From: an uncultured delta proteobacterium | Lineage (GTDB): Bacteria; Desulfobacterota; Binatia; UBA9968 | Direction: 5' to 3' | NCBI GenBank assembly: GCA_963816145.1 | Contig: CAWFJP010000003.1 | Span: forward strand, 544,001 to 608,000 | DNA: 64,000 bases | Shown here: positions 19,902-33,168 of the stretch, one piece after another | Position numbering within the stretch: the stretch's first letter is position 1 | Layout of the letters: every line of letters begins with the position of its first letter | Position numbers and translations under genes: made by a program | The notes under the pieces: model-generated | Database searches by the model: none | What the model saw: the letters and a program-made list of their open reading frames with translations, nothing else | What the model was told of the DNA's origin: nothing

Positions 19902-21059
19902 CTAGGCTATCCAACCGGATGCAACTTTCTGCCGCGCTAGGAGCACCGTTTGTGCGGCCAGTTTCGGGGTCGCCGCGAGCGCCGTGAGATGCCCCATTTT
20001 ACGGCTGGGGCGCGGCTCGATTTTACCGTAGAGATGAAGCTTCACATCCGGCAGCGCACAGGCCGCCGGCCAATTGGGCTCTCCTGCCTGCCACAAGTCT
20101 CCCAATAAATTGGCCATCGCCGCTGCGGCGACGAACTCGGTCGAGCCTAGAGGCAGGCCACAGACGGCTCGCAGTTGTTGTTCAAACTGACTGGTGCGCG
20201 AGGCGTTGATCGTCAGGTGACCCGAATTATGCGGCCTCGGCGCCAGTTCATTGACTAGGATAGCGCCATTTCGCGTCAGGAAAAACTCGATGCACAACAC
20301 GCCGACGAGTTCGAGCTTTTGCGCCAGCGCGCGCGCAACTTCGATCGCCTGCGAAGTCGCCGTTTCTGACATCTGCGCTGGCGCTGTGGACAGATCGAGT
20401 ATGTGATGCTTGTGGCGGTTCTGGATCGCACCCCAGTGAGCGAAGCTGCCATCCAGGCCGCGCGCCAGCACCACAGAAAACTCCAACTCGAAATCGACGA
20501 AGCCTTCCGCGATCATCTCCTGCCCGCCGCAACTTTCGAACGCCTTGGCAGCCTCTTCTAGACTGGCGACCTTCGCTTGGCCCTTGCCGTCATAGCCCGA
20601 GCTGGCGGTTTTGAGAATCGCCGGCAAACCGGTCTGAGCGAGAGCCACGGAGAGATCGGTCTTGCTACGCACCGGAGCGAAAATTGTTGTCGGGAAACCG
20701 CTCCGTGACAGAAAAGTCTTTTCCCGCAAACGATTCTGGGTCGTATGCAACACCGCGCCCCCGGGACGCACCGGCACATAGGCAGCCGCCGCGTCGACAC
20801 AGGCGGCCGGCACGTTTTCAAATTCGAAGGTGACCGCTTGAACTCCGCGGGCGAAGCCTCGCACCGCGTCAAGATCGTCGTAAGAGGCAGCGATTTCGAC
20901 ATCGGAAACCTGTCCGGTCGGCGTATCCGTCTCAGGGGAAAACGTGTGAACGCGGTAGCCCATTTGGCGCGCCGCAATGGCGAACATCCGGCCCAACTGG
21001 CCGCTGCCGAGAACGCCGATGGCTGCGCCTGGAAGTATCGGTGTAACGTTGCGGCTCAC
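19902..21059 (-). CDS. purK: N5-carboxyaminoimidazole ribonucleotide synthase
   Basis: [43 protein letters not shown] and RKMGH. Confidence 0.95.
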   Translation of the reverse strand: MSRNVTPILPGAAIGVLGSGQLGRMFAIAARQMGYRVHTFSPETDTPTGQVSDVEIAASYDDLDAVRGFARGVQAVTFEFENVPAACVDAAAAYVPVRPGGAVLHTTQNRLREKTFLSRSGFPTTIFAPVRSKTDLSVALAQTGLPAILKTASSGYDGKGQAKVASLEEAAKAFESCGGQEMIAEGFVDFELEFSVVLARGLDGSFAHWGAIQNRHKHHILDLSTAPAQMSETATSQAIEVARALAQKLELVGVLCIEFFLTRNGAILVNELAPRPHNSGHLTINASRTSQFEQQLRAVCGLPLGSTEFVAAAAMANLLGDLWQAGEPNWPAACALPDVKLHLYGKIEPRPSRKMGHLTALAATPKLAAQTVLLARQKVASGWIA

Positions 21060-21550
21060 GGCAACTTTTGCTGGCGCACGCCGGCAGTTTGATTGGCCCG
21101 GAACTGACGTAGTCTCTCACGCAGCTCGGGTCGTGAATTGGCGAGAATTGCGATAGCCAGTAACGCCGCATTAACCGCACCGGCCTTACCGATTGCCATG
21201 GTTCCAACGGGTATGCCGCCGGGCATCTGGACAATCGATAACAGTGAATCCATACCCTTGAGCGCGGCACTTTCGACCGGGACACCGAGCACGGGAATCA
21301 GAGTCTGGGCAGCGGTCATACCGGGCAGATGCGCCGCGCCGCCGGCGCCGGCGATGATCACTTCGATGCAGCGGCTCTCGGCGCCGGCGGCAAATTCGCT
21401 CAACCAACCCGGCGTCCGATGCGCCGAGACAATCAGACATTCATGGTCGACGGCGAAATCTTTCAAAGTCGACGACGCATGCTGCATGGTTTCCCAATCC
21501 GATTGGCTGCCCATAATGACGCTAACAATGGGTAATGTCGCTTGTGCCAT
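21056..21550 (-). CDS. purE: N5-CAIR mutase
   Basis: [26 protein letters not shown] and [11 protein letters not shown]. Confidence 0.95.
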   Translation of the reverse strand: MAQATLPIVSVIMGSQSDWETMQHASSTLKDFAVDHECLIVSAHRTPGWLSEFAAGAESRCIEVIIAGAGGAAHLPGMTAAQTLIPVLGVPVESAALKGMDSLLSIVQMPGGIPVGTMAIGKAGAVNAALLAIAILANSRPELRERLRQFRANQTAGVRQQKLP

Positions 21551-21898
21551 GAATCCGCAATCCTTGCTGCGTTAAGTTCAACTGCGATGGTTTAGCCTCT
21601 TACAGAGCCAAGCATAAGTCAATCCGTGAAGTTCAGGAATTGGCTCTCAACTTAGTGGGTGCGGGCTTAGAACGCGGATGGCCATGCCGCTTCAAAGTGC
21701 GAATTGTTCATTGCTGTGAAGCACGCAATGACGGGGTTCACATTTATGCCGTCGCGCCAAATCATCTTGGAATGAAACCAAAAAAAGATTGCGTTCTGAA
21801 AGCATCGCTGCTATTTCTTCCAAGGTTTACGGCGGCCTGGAAGCACGAGCCGCCCAGGAAATCCATACATAACTTGCGGCGCAGAAAGATCTGAGGTC

Positions 21899-22072
21899 AT
21901 GAATCTCAACGACGAAATTTGTCCGCCAAAAGATCCCCTCGGAACGGTCCCGATATCTCCGTGGGTTATTGGCCGCGATAAAAGTCTCGTGCATCCTGAC
22001 CCAACATTCCCCATGGAGCCCGGCTCCGGATGGGCGCAACGAGATTTCGATTATTCCTATCGGTGGTGCTGA
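21899..22072 (+). CDS. Small hypothetical protein (57 aa) at the head of the dab operon
   Basis: GAGG RBS immediately upstream; MNLNDEICPPKDPLGTVPISPWVIGRDKSLVHPDPTFPMEPGSGWAQRDFDYSYRWC*; ends 17 bp before dabB. Too short to appear in the ORF track. Confidence 0.5.
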   Translation: MNLNDEICPPKDPLGTVPISPWVIGRDKSLVHPDPTFPMEPGSGWAQRDFDYSYRWC

Positions 22073-22089
22073 CGAAGTTCTGTCTGACT

Positions 22090-24684
22090 ATGAGTTTCCA
22101 CGAATACCCGTTTCTTATATTGCTCGCTCCGTTGGCGGCGGCCCCCATCGTCGGCCTACTCGGACAGAGTCTCGGCCCGAAAATTTCCCGGGTCGGTGTG
22201 GCGGCGGAGGTGATCGCTTTCGCGCTATCGCTAGTAGTTTTATATGAGGTCAGTTCCAGCGGGCCTCAGACCAATCATTTTGCCCTCGGGCGTGACGGGA
22301 CCTGGCAATTGACTTTGTACATCGATCGATTATCCGCGGTAATGCTGGCGCACATAGCGGCGATCAGCACCATGATCCATCTCTTTTCGAGACGTTACAT
22401 GCAACAGGAGCGCGGTTATGCGCGCTTCCACAGCCTGCTGGCATTTACTACATTCGTGCTGTTCGGCATGGTCTCAAGCGCCAACCTGCTAACGCTATTT
22501 GCTTTTTGGCAACTGGTCAGTTGGCTGCTGCCGCTGATGTCATACAATTACGAGCATCTTCTGACAGTGCGCGGGGCTTTTAGAACCTTCGTCATGCAGC
22601 GCATCGGCGACGTCGCCTTCCTCGCGGGCATTCTCCTGGCGTACAAGTTTTACGGCACGCTTGACCTGCAGCAGCTATTTGCCCGAGCCGCTGAAGCGCG
22701 AACCGCGGTGTCCCTCTGGCCTGGCGGATTTGACGTAAGTCCCAGCACCGCTGTGGCCACTTTGATCTTTGTCGGCGCGATGAGCAAGTCGGCGCAGTTT
22801 CCCTTGCACATGTGGCTACCCGATGCCCTCTACGCCCCCACGCCGGTCACCGCCCTCCTGCATGCCGGAATCATCAATGCTGGTGGATTTCTCTTGACCC
22901 GACTGGCACCGCTCTACGCTTCGAGTCCGGCCACGCTTCATTTGGTTTTCGCCATCGGGTTGCTCACGGCTGTCCTCGGTTCATCCATGATGCTGGTCCA
23001 AAATGACATCAAAAAGACCTTGGGATACTCGACGATCGGTCAGATGGGTTTCATGATCATGGAATGCGGATTGGGAGCCTTCGGCTTGGCGATCTTCCAT
23101 TTGATCGCTCATGGACTATTCAAAAGTTCGATTTTTTTGAATTGCAGTTATGTGATTCACGCCGCGCGCCAAGAGCCGCGACAACCGCGCCGAGACGGAG
23201 CTAACGAGCCTGCCGAGTTTTCAAGCCTTGCCTGGATAACGGGCTTTGCCACCACCCTTATTCTACCGTTGATCATCTTACTTGCGGCTCACGGCATACT
23301 GAACATTCCGCTGGGAGATTCGCAAGGCACGACGATTTTTCTCTTCTTTGGATGGGCCACATCGTCCCAAGCGATTTTGACTCTTTATCGGCTCAGGGCG
23401 GTGGCATCCTGGAAAATCGCAGTGAGCATGCTCTGTGTCCTATTCATCGTTGTTGTCACCTATCTGTTCGCCGCGGAAAGTTTCACCAACTTCCTATTTC
23501 CAACGCCTGGCGAAGTGGCACAGCACTATCGCGCCGGTGCTTTGCCCGCCGCGCTGTTCGACTTGTTGGTCGCCGCCTTTGCGCTGGTCATCATCGTCGG
23601 CTGGATCCTGATTTACGCCGTGAGCCATGGACAAAACATCCAGACGCCGCAATGGGCGAAAACAATCCAACTGCACATTTATTTGCTATTAATCAACCGT
23701 CTCTATCTCGATACCCTGTCGACGAGGCTTCAGTCACCGGTGGCGTATGCGATCGACGGGCTTAATCGAAGTCGCGCCTTGCCCTACATGATCGCTTTGC
23801 TCGCTGTCGTTCCGGCGTTAAGGGCCGCTGATCAGTTGCCGGACATATCACCGTTGCAAATCGCCCAGTGCATCGCCGTAGCGATTCTGCTGCCGCTTTT
23901 TCCGTTTCACGGCGCCTTCGTTAAGGCAATCACGCGTTCGCGAGGATACTTGAAACCACTTCTCGCGTTATCGCTGCCGATGCTAGGATCCTACTGGCTC
24001 GCCAACTTGTCGAACGAATTTCCCGCCCCAATTCTCGGCGCCGTGCGGCTGCTCGCCCTGCTCGGCGCACTGTACGGTTCACTCAAAGCATTGGCCCAAA
24101 TCCGCGTTCCGGAGCTATTGGCTTTCGCCAGCCTCGCTTCCTTTTCCACCCTCTGGTGGATCTTTGCCATCGCGGGAACCTTGGACCGGGCGGGCCTTGT
24201 CTACGTCACAGCCATAGCACTGCCCGCCTCTGGCCTGTTGCTAGCATTTCAATTCCTACGAAGACGTTACGATGCCTTGGAAATAGACCGAATGCATGGA
24301 TTGGCGCGGGTCATGCCCCGGTTCGCCGTGGTATTCTCGCTGTTCGTCATGGCTGCCGTCGGCCTGCCATTCTTTGCCCTCTTCTCGGCGCAGATGGAGC
24401 TATTGCTTCGATCCTCTCTGAACACTTCGTGGGAATTAGTTGTCATTTTACTCAGCTGGTTTCTGACTTCGTGGTATTTATTCAGAATGATGCAGCGGCT
24501 TTTGTTCGGGCGCCATCGAGAGGAGATGCGCTACGTGGATCTCCGAGCCGGAGAATGCACCGGGCTGATGATTGTACTGGTCATCCTAGCCATGCTCGGC
24601 ATCGCCCCGTCCGCATGGCTCCAAGCGCCGCTGTCAGCGAACCTTCACGAAAGCGCCATGGAGACGATACTGTGGCTCAAGTAG
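22090..24684 (+). CDS. dabB: DabB/MpsA-like membrane subunit (NuoL-like) of an inorganic carbon transporter, with C-terminal NuoM-like extension
   Basis: KSAQFPLHMWLPDALYAPTPVTALLHAG, YSTIGQMGFM and FHLIAHGLFK; C-terminal LLPLFPFHG, HGLARVMPRF and MAAVGLPFF. Overlaps the DUF2309 gene. Start 22090 or 22030. Confidence 0.8.
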   Translation: MSFHEYPFLILLAPLAAAPIVGLLGQSLGPKISRVGVAAEVIAFALSLVVLYEVSSSGPQTNHFALGRDGTWQLTLYIDRLSAVMLAHIAAISTMIHLFSRRYMQQERGYARFHSLLAFTTFVLFGMVSSANLLTLFAFWQLVSWLLPLMSYNYEHLLTVRGAFRTFVMQRIGDVAFLAGILLAYKFYGTLDLQQLFARAAEARTAVSLWPGGFDVSPSTAVATLIFVGAMSKSAQFPLHMWLPDALYAPTPVTALLHAGIINAGGFLLTRLAPLYASSPATLHLVFAIGLLTAVLGSSMMLVQNDIKKTLGYSTIGQMGFMIMECGLGAFGLAIFHLIAHGLFKSSIFLNCSYVIHAARQEPRQPRRDGANEPAEFSSLAWITGFATTLILPLIILLAAHGILNIPLGDSQGTTIFLFFGWATSSQAILTLYRLRAVASWKIAVSMLCVLFIVVVTYLFAAESFTNFLFPTPGEVAQHYRAGALPAALFDLLVAAFALVIIVGWILIYAVSHGQNIQTPQWAKTIQLHIYLLLINRLYLDTLSTRLQSPVAYAIDGLNRSRALPYMIALLAVVPALRAADQLPDISPLQIAQCIAVAILLPLFPFHGAFVKAITRSRGYLKPLLALSLPMLGSYWLANLSNEFPAPILGAVRLLALLGALYGSLKALAQIRVPELLAFASLASFSTLWWIFAIAGTLDRAGLVYVTAIALPASGLLLAFQFLRRRYDALEIDRMHGLARVMPRFAVVFSLFVMAAVGLPFFALFSAQMELLLRSSLNTSWELVVILLSWFLTSWYLFRMMQRLLFGRHREEMRYVDLRAGECTGLMIVLVILAMLGIAPSAWLQAPLSANLHESAMETILWLK

Positions 24685-27600
24685 CAACACAGCCCTACAG
24701 CGAGAGTCAGCGGATGCAGCTGAGAACGCTGATCCGGCTTGCGAGCGAGACGATCGCCTATTATTGGCCGATGCGAACATTCGTGCATCACAACCCGCTG
24801 CATGGCCTCGAACATCTGCCATTTGAAGAAGCTGTCCAGACAGCTCAGCAAGCACTCGGCGGCAAAGGTTATTTGTCCAACGACAGCTTTCGCAATTACT
24901 TTCGCGCTGGACGCATTCACCCACGTCATCTCGACGCCGTTCTCAAGTCGCGCGCCCGTTCCGAGCAGGTGAAACTGGGAGTGACCGAGATCACCCATTT
25001 GGACGCTCTACGTGCCGCCATGATCGGCGATACAGCCGCGCCAGCGGAGGACAAACTTGACGCCTTGCTTAATCGCCATCCCGATCGTCATACCATCGCC
25101 GCGCTGACGAATCGTCTGCATACCAGAGCGGCGCCACTACCACCCCAGGGAAGCGCCGCGGAACCCCATGATCTTGGACGCAGTGAGAGCTTGGCCAGTT
25201 GGTGCGATCGCACTCTGGGCACGCAGATTAACGAGCAAATCAACCGCGAAATGATCAAGTGGTGCGAAGCCTTTTTGGACGAAGGACATGCGACCTGGCG
25301 GATGCCCCGCCGGGAAAAAGGTTTCCACGCCGCCTGGAAATTTCTCGCGGAACGGGAGTGGTCTCCCTGCGGCATCAAGAACAATCGGGAACAACTGGCC
25401 TGCTTGCCGGCCCAGGCTGAAGACTCGCTCCTCGAAAGCATCGGTATGCTGGGCATCCCACCAGAGTCGTGGCAGGACTACTTTTCATTGCATCTCGCCG
25501 CATTATCGGGATGGACCGGCTTCATCAAGTGGCGCGCCGATCAGAGCGAATACGAGTGGCAGACCGCCTACCCCATCGATCTGGTGCAGTACCTCGCAGT
25601 GCGATTATGGTACGAGCGCGCACTTGTGCATCAGGCTTGTCGCGAAGCCCTGGCCATCGATGGCAACTTTGCTGCTATCTCGGCCGAGATCGGAAAGCGC
25701 GTCGGTAAATCGGCGGCGAAATCCTCCGACCGTAATGGAAAACAGCTCAGCGATCGCGCCGCCGCCTGGAGACTCGTTCACCTCGTTTGCGCACTGGAGT
25801 TAGAGCCGACACTGCTGACGCAAACACCTGGCGAGACTCTGCAGATCGTTCTGGACTGGATGAATGACTTCCCGGAGTCGGCACATGGCCCCATATGGCT
25901 CAAGGCCTTCGAAGACGGCTACCGGGAACAACTACTGGAGAAACTCCGATTCAAAATTGGCCGATTCAATGAAATTCCGCCGCGCCAGAGTCTCGCCGGC
26001 GCATATGACGAAAACATCGAAGTGCCAGCCGAGAATCAAGTTCGGCCCCAGGCCCAAGCCGTGTTTTGTATCGACGTGCGATCGGAGCCTTTAAGGCGAA
26101 ACTTGGAGGCCACGGGTGACTACGAGACTTGCGGTTTCGCCGGCTTTTTCGCCGTCGCGATCCGCCACCAGGCGCTCGGCAGTCATCACGAAACCGATCA
26201 ATATCCGGTAATCCTGAAGAGCAAAAATCTCGTCCGGGAAATACCCCGGACCTATCAAGGTCAGTTCATCTTCCGACTCCGCCACCGAGAGAAACTTCTC
26301 GAAGCTTTTCATACCTTGCTCTACGATCTCAAGGAAAACGTTGTCACGCCCTATGTCATGGTCGAGTCGTTAGGTTGGTTTTACAGCTTGCCGCTCGTTG
26401 GCAAAAACATTTGCGCCGCACGCTATCGAGCTGCCGTGGACTGGATTCGACGCAAACTCGTTCCGCCGGTCGCGACGACCTTGACCGTGGACAAACTAGC
26501 GCGGGAAGAAGTGGAGGAAATGCTAGCGGCCGAGCAACGCGCAACGACACGTCGCGCGCTGCAGGAAAAATTTGGCGAGCGCAATTTGAATTTATCATTG
26601 GAGCGACTGGAGTTTCTGCGCAGGCGCGCGCTGGATGAGCAGAGCGTCGGCGAACCGTCGCTGCAGGCGCGCTCCATCGCCCTATCACCGGAGGAAGAAG
26701 CCGAATTCATCGAAGATCTCCGGCGTCGCTACGGCATCAACCAGGGCGGCGCCTTCGCGCGTATGGAGCGGATCACCCGAACCGGCTTCACTCTCAGCGA
26801 GCAGGTCCTCACCGTCGAAACCGTACTCCGGATGATCGGCTTGACGACAAACTTCGCCCGTCTCGTGCTGTTTTGCGGCCACGCAAGTAGGTCGGAGAAC
26901 AACCCCTTTGAAGCTGCCCTCGACTGCGGTGCTTGTGGCGGCAATGCAGGCCGGCCCAACGCACGTGTGCTCGCGATCATGGCCAACAAATCACCCGTGC
27001 GGGAGCAACTAGCCAAAAATGGCATCGTCATACCTCAAGACACGTACTTCATCGCCGGACAACACAACACAACTACGGATGAGGTCGATCTTTTCGATTT
27101 GGAAGACCTGCCGCCGACGCACCGCAAAGACTTGTTGCAAGTCGCCCGCGACCTTGAACGTGCCGGCGCGCGCAACAGCCAAGAGCGCTGTGCGCGATTC
27201 CCCGAGATCAACGAAAGCCTGCGCGCTTCGAAAGCCCGGCGGGAGGTGCGCCGCCGGAGCAGCGACTGGAGCCAAGTCCGGCCGGAATGGGGTCTGTCCG
27301 GAAACGCGGCCTTTATCGTCGGTCGGCGGGCTTTGACCCGCGGCGTACATCTCGATGGGCGAGTATTTCTGCACTCCTATGACTATCGGGGCGACCCTGA
27401 AGGAAAGCTGCTCGAGGCGGTGTTGACCGGTCCACAGATTGTCGCCCAATGGATCAACATGGAGCATTACTTTTCCACCGTAGATCAAGATGTATACGGC
27501 AGCGGCAGCAAGATTTACCATAACGTGGTCGGCCGCGTGGGGATCATGTCGGGTCCCCAAAGCGACCTGCGCACCGGTCTGGCATGGCAGACCGTCATGA

Positions 27601-27803
27601 ACGGCCCGCGCCCCTATCACGAAGCCATGCGGCTATTTACCCTGATCGAAGCACCGAGAGACAGAATTGACAGGATCGTACGAAACCAGCGACTATTGCA
27701 ACGACTTTATGACAACGAATGGATGCACCTCTTTGCCATCGATCCGGAGGTGCAGCTATGTTACCGCTATATTCCCAAACAAGGATGGAGTGGAAGTTTG
27801 TAA
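24672..27803 (+). CDS. dabA: DabA/MpsB (DUF2309) beta-carbonic-anhydrase-like subunit
   Basis: WPMRTFVHHNPLHGLE, FCIDVRSE, GFAGFF, CGHAS, NNPFEAALDCGACGG, HNTTTD, QVRPEWGL, WINMEHYFS and GSGSK. GTG start with GGAG upstream. Confidence 0.9.
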   Translation: MAQVATQPYSESQRMQLRTLIRLASETIAYYWPMRTFVHHNPLHGLEHLPFEEAVQTAQQALGGKGYLSNDSFRNYFRAGRIHPRHLDAVLKSRARSEQVKLGVTEITHLDALRAAMIGDTAAPAEDKLDALLNRHPDRHTIAALTNRLHTRAAPLPPQGSAAEPHDLGRSESLASWCDRTLGTQINEQINREMIKWCEAFLDEGHATWRMPRREKGFHAAWKFLAEREWSPCGIKNNREQLACLPAQAEDSLLESIGMLGIPPESWQDYFSLHLAALSGWTGFIKWRADQSEYEWQTAYPIDLVQYLAVRLWYERALVHQACREALAIDGNFAAISAEIGKRVGKSAAKSSDRNGKQLSDRAAAWRLVHLVCALELEPTLLTQTPGETLQIVLDWMNDFPESAHGPIWLKAFEDGYREQLLEKLRFKIGRFNEIPPRQSLAGAYDENIEVPAENQVRPQAQAVFCIDVRSEPLRRNLEATGDYETCGFAGFFAVAIRHQALGSHHETDQYPVILKSKNLVREIPRTYQGQFIFRLRHREKLLEAFHTLLYDLKENVVTPYVMVESLGWFYSLPLVGKNICAARYRAAVDWIRRKLVPPVATTLTVDKLAREEVEEMLAAEQRATTRRALQEKFGERNLNLSLERLEFLRRRALDEQSVGEPSLQARSIALSPEEEAEFIEDLRRRYGINQGGAFARMERITRTGFTLSEQVLTVETVLRMIGLTTNFARLVLFCGHASRSENNPFEAALDCGACGGNAGRPNARVLAIMANKSPVREQLAKNGIVIPQDTYFIAGQHNTTTDEVDLFDLEDLPPTHRKDLLQVARDLERAGARNSQERCARFPEINESLRASKARREVRRRSSDWSQVRPEWGLSGNAAFIVGRRALTRGVHLDGRVFLHSYDYRGDPEGKLLEAVLTGPQIVAQWINMEHYFSTVDQDVYGSGSKIYHNVVGRVGIMSGPQSDLRTGLAWQTVMNGPRPYHEAMRLFTLIEAPRDRIDRIVRNQRLLQRLYDNEWMHLFAIDPEVQLCYRYIPKQGWSGSL

Positions 27804-27849
27804 AACCGGCTGTCACTCTACAAAGCATGCCATTGAAAGGAGACCGATC

Positions 27850-28188
27850 ATGAGCGACTTGACACTTCATCCGATGAAGGAGATTCGGATCATCATCGAG
27901 GGAGAACAGCTCAAATTTGCCACCGACCTTCTGGACAATAAAGCAACGGGCTACACCGTTGTCCACAACATCTCGGGAAAAGGCCACCACGGCTTTCACA
28001 CGGCCCATCCCATGTTCAACGAAATGGACAGTATCGTGATGCTCATGACGGTTGTGACGGCGGAGCACGTGGAGCCCATTCTGGCCGGGCTAAAGCCGCT
28101 GTTCGCTCGCCACACCGGCGTCATGTTTGTCTCAGATGTTGCCGTCAGTCGGCTTGAATATTTCTCCACAGACGCCGACGGCAAATGA
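27850..28188 (+). CDS. PII-superfamily (SbtB-like) regulator
   Basis: MKEIRIIIEGE, ATGYTV, ISGKGHHG and GVMFVSDVAV; 112 aa; last gene of the dab operon. Confidence 0.75.
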   Translation: MSDLTLHPMKEIRIIIEGEQLKFATDLLDNKATGYTVVHNISGKGHHGFHTAHPMFNEMDSIVMLMTVVTAEHVEPILAGLKPLFARHTGVMFVSDVAVSRLEYFSTDADGK

Positions 28189-28335
28189 CGAGTTAGCTAT
28201 CAATCGTCAGGGCTCGCTCTCGATAGTAACACTTTCCGGGATTTAGGGAGTTTACCTGTCCCAACGGGTATGAGATTCTTTTAACCGATGGCTGCCCTTG
28301 GGACGAAAACTTTCTCCCCGAAAGGTCGACAAACT

Positions 28336-29205
28336 ATGAGCGAATCAACGATTCCTGGATTGACTCTCTATAGTCGCGGCAAGGTCCGCGATATTTACGA
28401 CCTCGGCGACAAACTCCTACTGGTCGCCAGCGACCGCATTTCCGCGTTCGACGTGATCCTGCCGACACCGATTCCCGACAAGGGTAAAATCCTCACGCAA
28501 CTCTCGGAATTTTGGTTTAGGAAGATCGGCGATATCGTGCCGAACCATTTGATCACGACGGACGTCGAGCGTTTTCCCGATCCCTGTCAAACATACCGGT
28601 CGGCCATCGAAGGACGCAGCATGCTGGTTAAAAAAAGCACGCCGGCTCCAGTCGAATGCATCGTGCGCGGATACATCACCGGCTCCGGTTGGAAAGATTA
28701 TCAAAAGACCGGCGCGGTTTGCGGTATTGCCCTGCCCCCGGGCTTAGTCGAAGCCGCGCGTCTCGACGAACCGATCTTCACACCTTCTACTAAAGCTGCC
28801 GTTGGCGATCACGACCTCAATATTACCTTTGACGCAATGATCGAAAAAGTCGGCAAGGTCAAAGCCGAGAAGATGCGCGATGCCACTGTCGCGATTTATC
28901 AGCGCGCTCAGGTTCTGGCCGAGACCAAGGGCATCATCATCGCCGATACTAAATTTGAATTTGGCATGGAAGGCGACGATATTATGCTCATCGACGAGGT
29001 GCTGACACCAGATTCATCGCGCTTTTGGCCGATGGACGGCTACCGGCCGGGGAAAACCCCGGACAGCTTCGACAAACAGTTCGTGCGCGACTATCTGCTG
29101 AAACTCAATTGGGATATGAAACCGCCGGCGCCGGAATTGCCGCCCGATATTGTCAGGAAGACCCAAGACAAATACAACGAAGCGCTCAGACGGCTAACCG
29201 CCTAG
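28336..29205 (+). CDS. purC: SAICAR synthetase
   Basis: [51 protein letters not shown] and SFDKQFVRD. Confidence 0.95.
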   Translation: MSESTIPGLTLYSRGKVRDIYDLGDKLLLVASDRISAFDVILPTPIPDKGKILTQLSEFWFRKIGDIVPNHLITTDVERFPDPCQTYRSAIEGRSMLVKKSTPAPVECIVRGYITGSGWKDYQKTGAVCGIALPPGLVEAARLDEPIFTPSTKAAVGDHDLNITFDAMIEKVGKVKAEKMRDATVAIYQRAQVLAETKGIIIADTKFEFGMEGDDIMLIDEVLTPDSSRFWPMDGYRPGKTPDSFDKQFVRDYLLKLNWDMKPPAPELPPDIVRKTQDKYNEALRRLTA

Positions 29206-29775
29206 CCGCTTGGCGGTGCGGTCACGCTCGAGTTTGTCGGCCCATTCGAAACAGTCGCCGACAACCCGCCCGATATAGCGGCAAGCGGCCTGTAGGTCGT
29301 GATCGAAGGGGATATGAACGAAAGCGAAGCCGCCGCAATGCTCTTGCCGTTCGAGATCTTCAAGCATCACATACATTGAGTAGTTGCAGACGTAGTCTCC
29401 GGCGTTGATGGATTTTGCCGATGGACGTGTTACGGAGAGCGGCATGGTCGCCGGAATCCAGGCTTCTCCCCCCGCGGTGATCGGCCGTGGCGCGCTGGTT
29501 TTACTGGCACGGCGGCGATTGATTGCCCTGGTCTCGACCTCGATCCTAGGCCGCGCAGATTGGCCCAAACCCAACACCATCAAAGGCATGGGCTTTCGCA
29601 GCGCGTCGACGAATTGCTTACGGTGAAAGCGCACCGGGAAGATAATTTTCCGCAGTCCCGGCCGCGCAGGCAAGGACTCGATGATTTGAGCGGTGATATT
29701 CTCGGAAAACCCGCGATACGGTCCAAAGCCGTACACCAGCACCCGGACCGGCGATTTACGGCTGCGACGCGGCAT
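29194..29775 (-). CDS. pcp: Pyroglutamyl-peptidase I (C15 family)
   Basis: [22 protein letters not shown] (Glu), AGDYVCN (Cys) and FVHIP (His). Confidence 0.75.
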   Translation of the reverse strand: MPRRSRKSPVRVLVYGFGPYRGFSENITAQIIESLPARPGLRKIIFPVRFHRKQFVDALRKPMPLMVLGLGQSARPRIEVETRAINRRRASKTSAPRPITAGGEAWIPATMPLSVTRPSAKSINAGDYVCNYSMYVMLEDLERQEHCGGFAFVHIPFDHDLQAACRYIGRVVGDCFEWADKLERDRTAKRLGG

Positions 29776-29795
29776 GAATGAACGAACTCAAAACC

Positions 29796-29823
29796 GCCCT
29801 GGCCGCCCGAAAGCGGCCAGGGC
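29796..29823 (-). terminator. Strong hairpin after thiC, probable intrinsic terminator
   Basis: GCCCTGGCCGC / GCGGCCAGGGC 11-bp stem, followed on the minus strand by GGTTTT. Confidence 0.55.
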
Positions 29824-29849
29824 TTTGGTGGGTCAATAGTTGCCGGCGA

Positions 29850-32421
<2,572 letters not shown>

Positions 32422-32507
32422 CGTTCGATCCTAAGATGGTTCAGTGCCGGCATGTGGCGCTTGAAGACTCAGCATTTCACTGGCCCTCTCGGCCAAGCTG
32501 ACTTCAA

Positions 32508-32535
32508 CTTATAGACGAATGCCAGGTTATGTCAA
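32508..32535 (-). promoter_or_regulatory. Candidate sigma70 promoter for nuoI-thiC
   Basis: Minus strand TTGACA-N16-TATAAG, about 90 bp upstream of the nuoI start. Confidence 0.45.
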
Positions 32536-32572
32536 GGAATGGAAACGCTGTAATTACAGAGATCTTGCGACT

Positions 32573-33109
32573 CTACTCCGAGTCGTACTGGAGCACCGAA
32601 AAGACCCCGTGCGGCTTTAGTTTTTCCCGGCCGTTAAGAAAACTGAGTTCGATCACAAAGGCGCATTCGACGACGGTGGCGCCGAGCTTCGAGACGAGCT
32701 CGGCAGTCGCGGCGGCGGTACCACCGGTGGCGATCAGATCGTCGGCGATTATCACCCGCGAGTTGGGCGCGACGGCGTCGATATGAATCTCCAATGTGTC
32801 CTTGCCATATTCAAGGTCGTAACTGGCGCTGTGGGTTTCATAGGGCAGCTTGCCGGGCTTGCGTACGACACTAAAACCGGCGCCCAACTTATACGCGAGC
32901 GCCGATCCGAAGATAAACCCGCGCGACTCTATGCCTAAAACGGTATCGATCTTTTGACCACGATAGCGCTCTGCAATCAAGTCGATCGTCTTGCCGAACA
33001 ACGGTCCGTTACTCAACAGCGGCGTGATGTCCTTAAAAACGATTCCCGGCTTCGGGAAGTCGGGGATATCGCGGATCGCTCCCCGAATACTTGCAATATC
33101 GTCAATCAT
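32573..33109 (-). CDS. apt: Adenine phosphoribosyltransferase
   Basis: [37 protein letters not shown] and DDLIATGGT. Confidence 0.95.
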   Translation of the reverse strand: MIDDIASIRGAIRDIPDFPKPGIVFKDITPLLSNGPLFGKTIDLIAERYRGQKIDTVLGIESRGFIFGSALAYKLGAGFSVVRKPGKLPYETHSASYDLEYGKDTLEIHIDAVAPNSRVIIADDLIATGGTAAATAELVSKLGATVVECAFVIELSFLNGREKLKPHGVFSVLQYDSE

Positions 33110-33168
33110 ACGAAACTGCCTCTCAAAACTCTGAAATTTGGAATCTGATATGCCTCGCCGTGCGAGGC

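Noticed and set aside
21814-21858. Alternative hairpins (GGCGGC/GCCGCC, CCTGG/CCAGG) upstream of the dab operon
   Set aside because: Short GC stems are expected by chance and no riboswitch consensus was recognised.
24156-24671. N-terminal extension of the 1215-aa DabA ORF
   Set aside because: Overlaps dabB in another frame and reads as non-coding; the real start is likely GTG 24672.
27667-27849. N-terminal extension of the PII ORF
   Set aside because: Overlaps the dabA 3' end; the PII fold starts at ATG 27850 after AAGGAGA.
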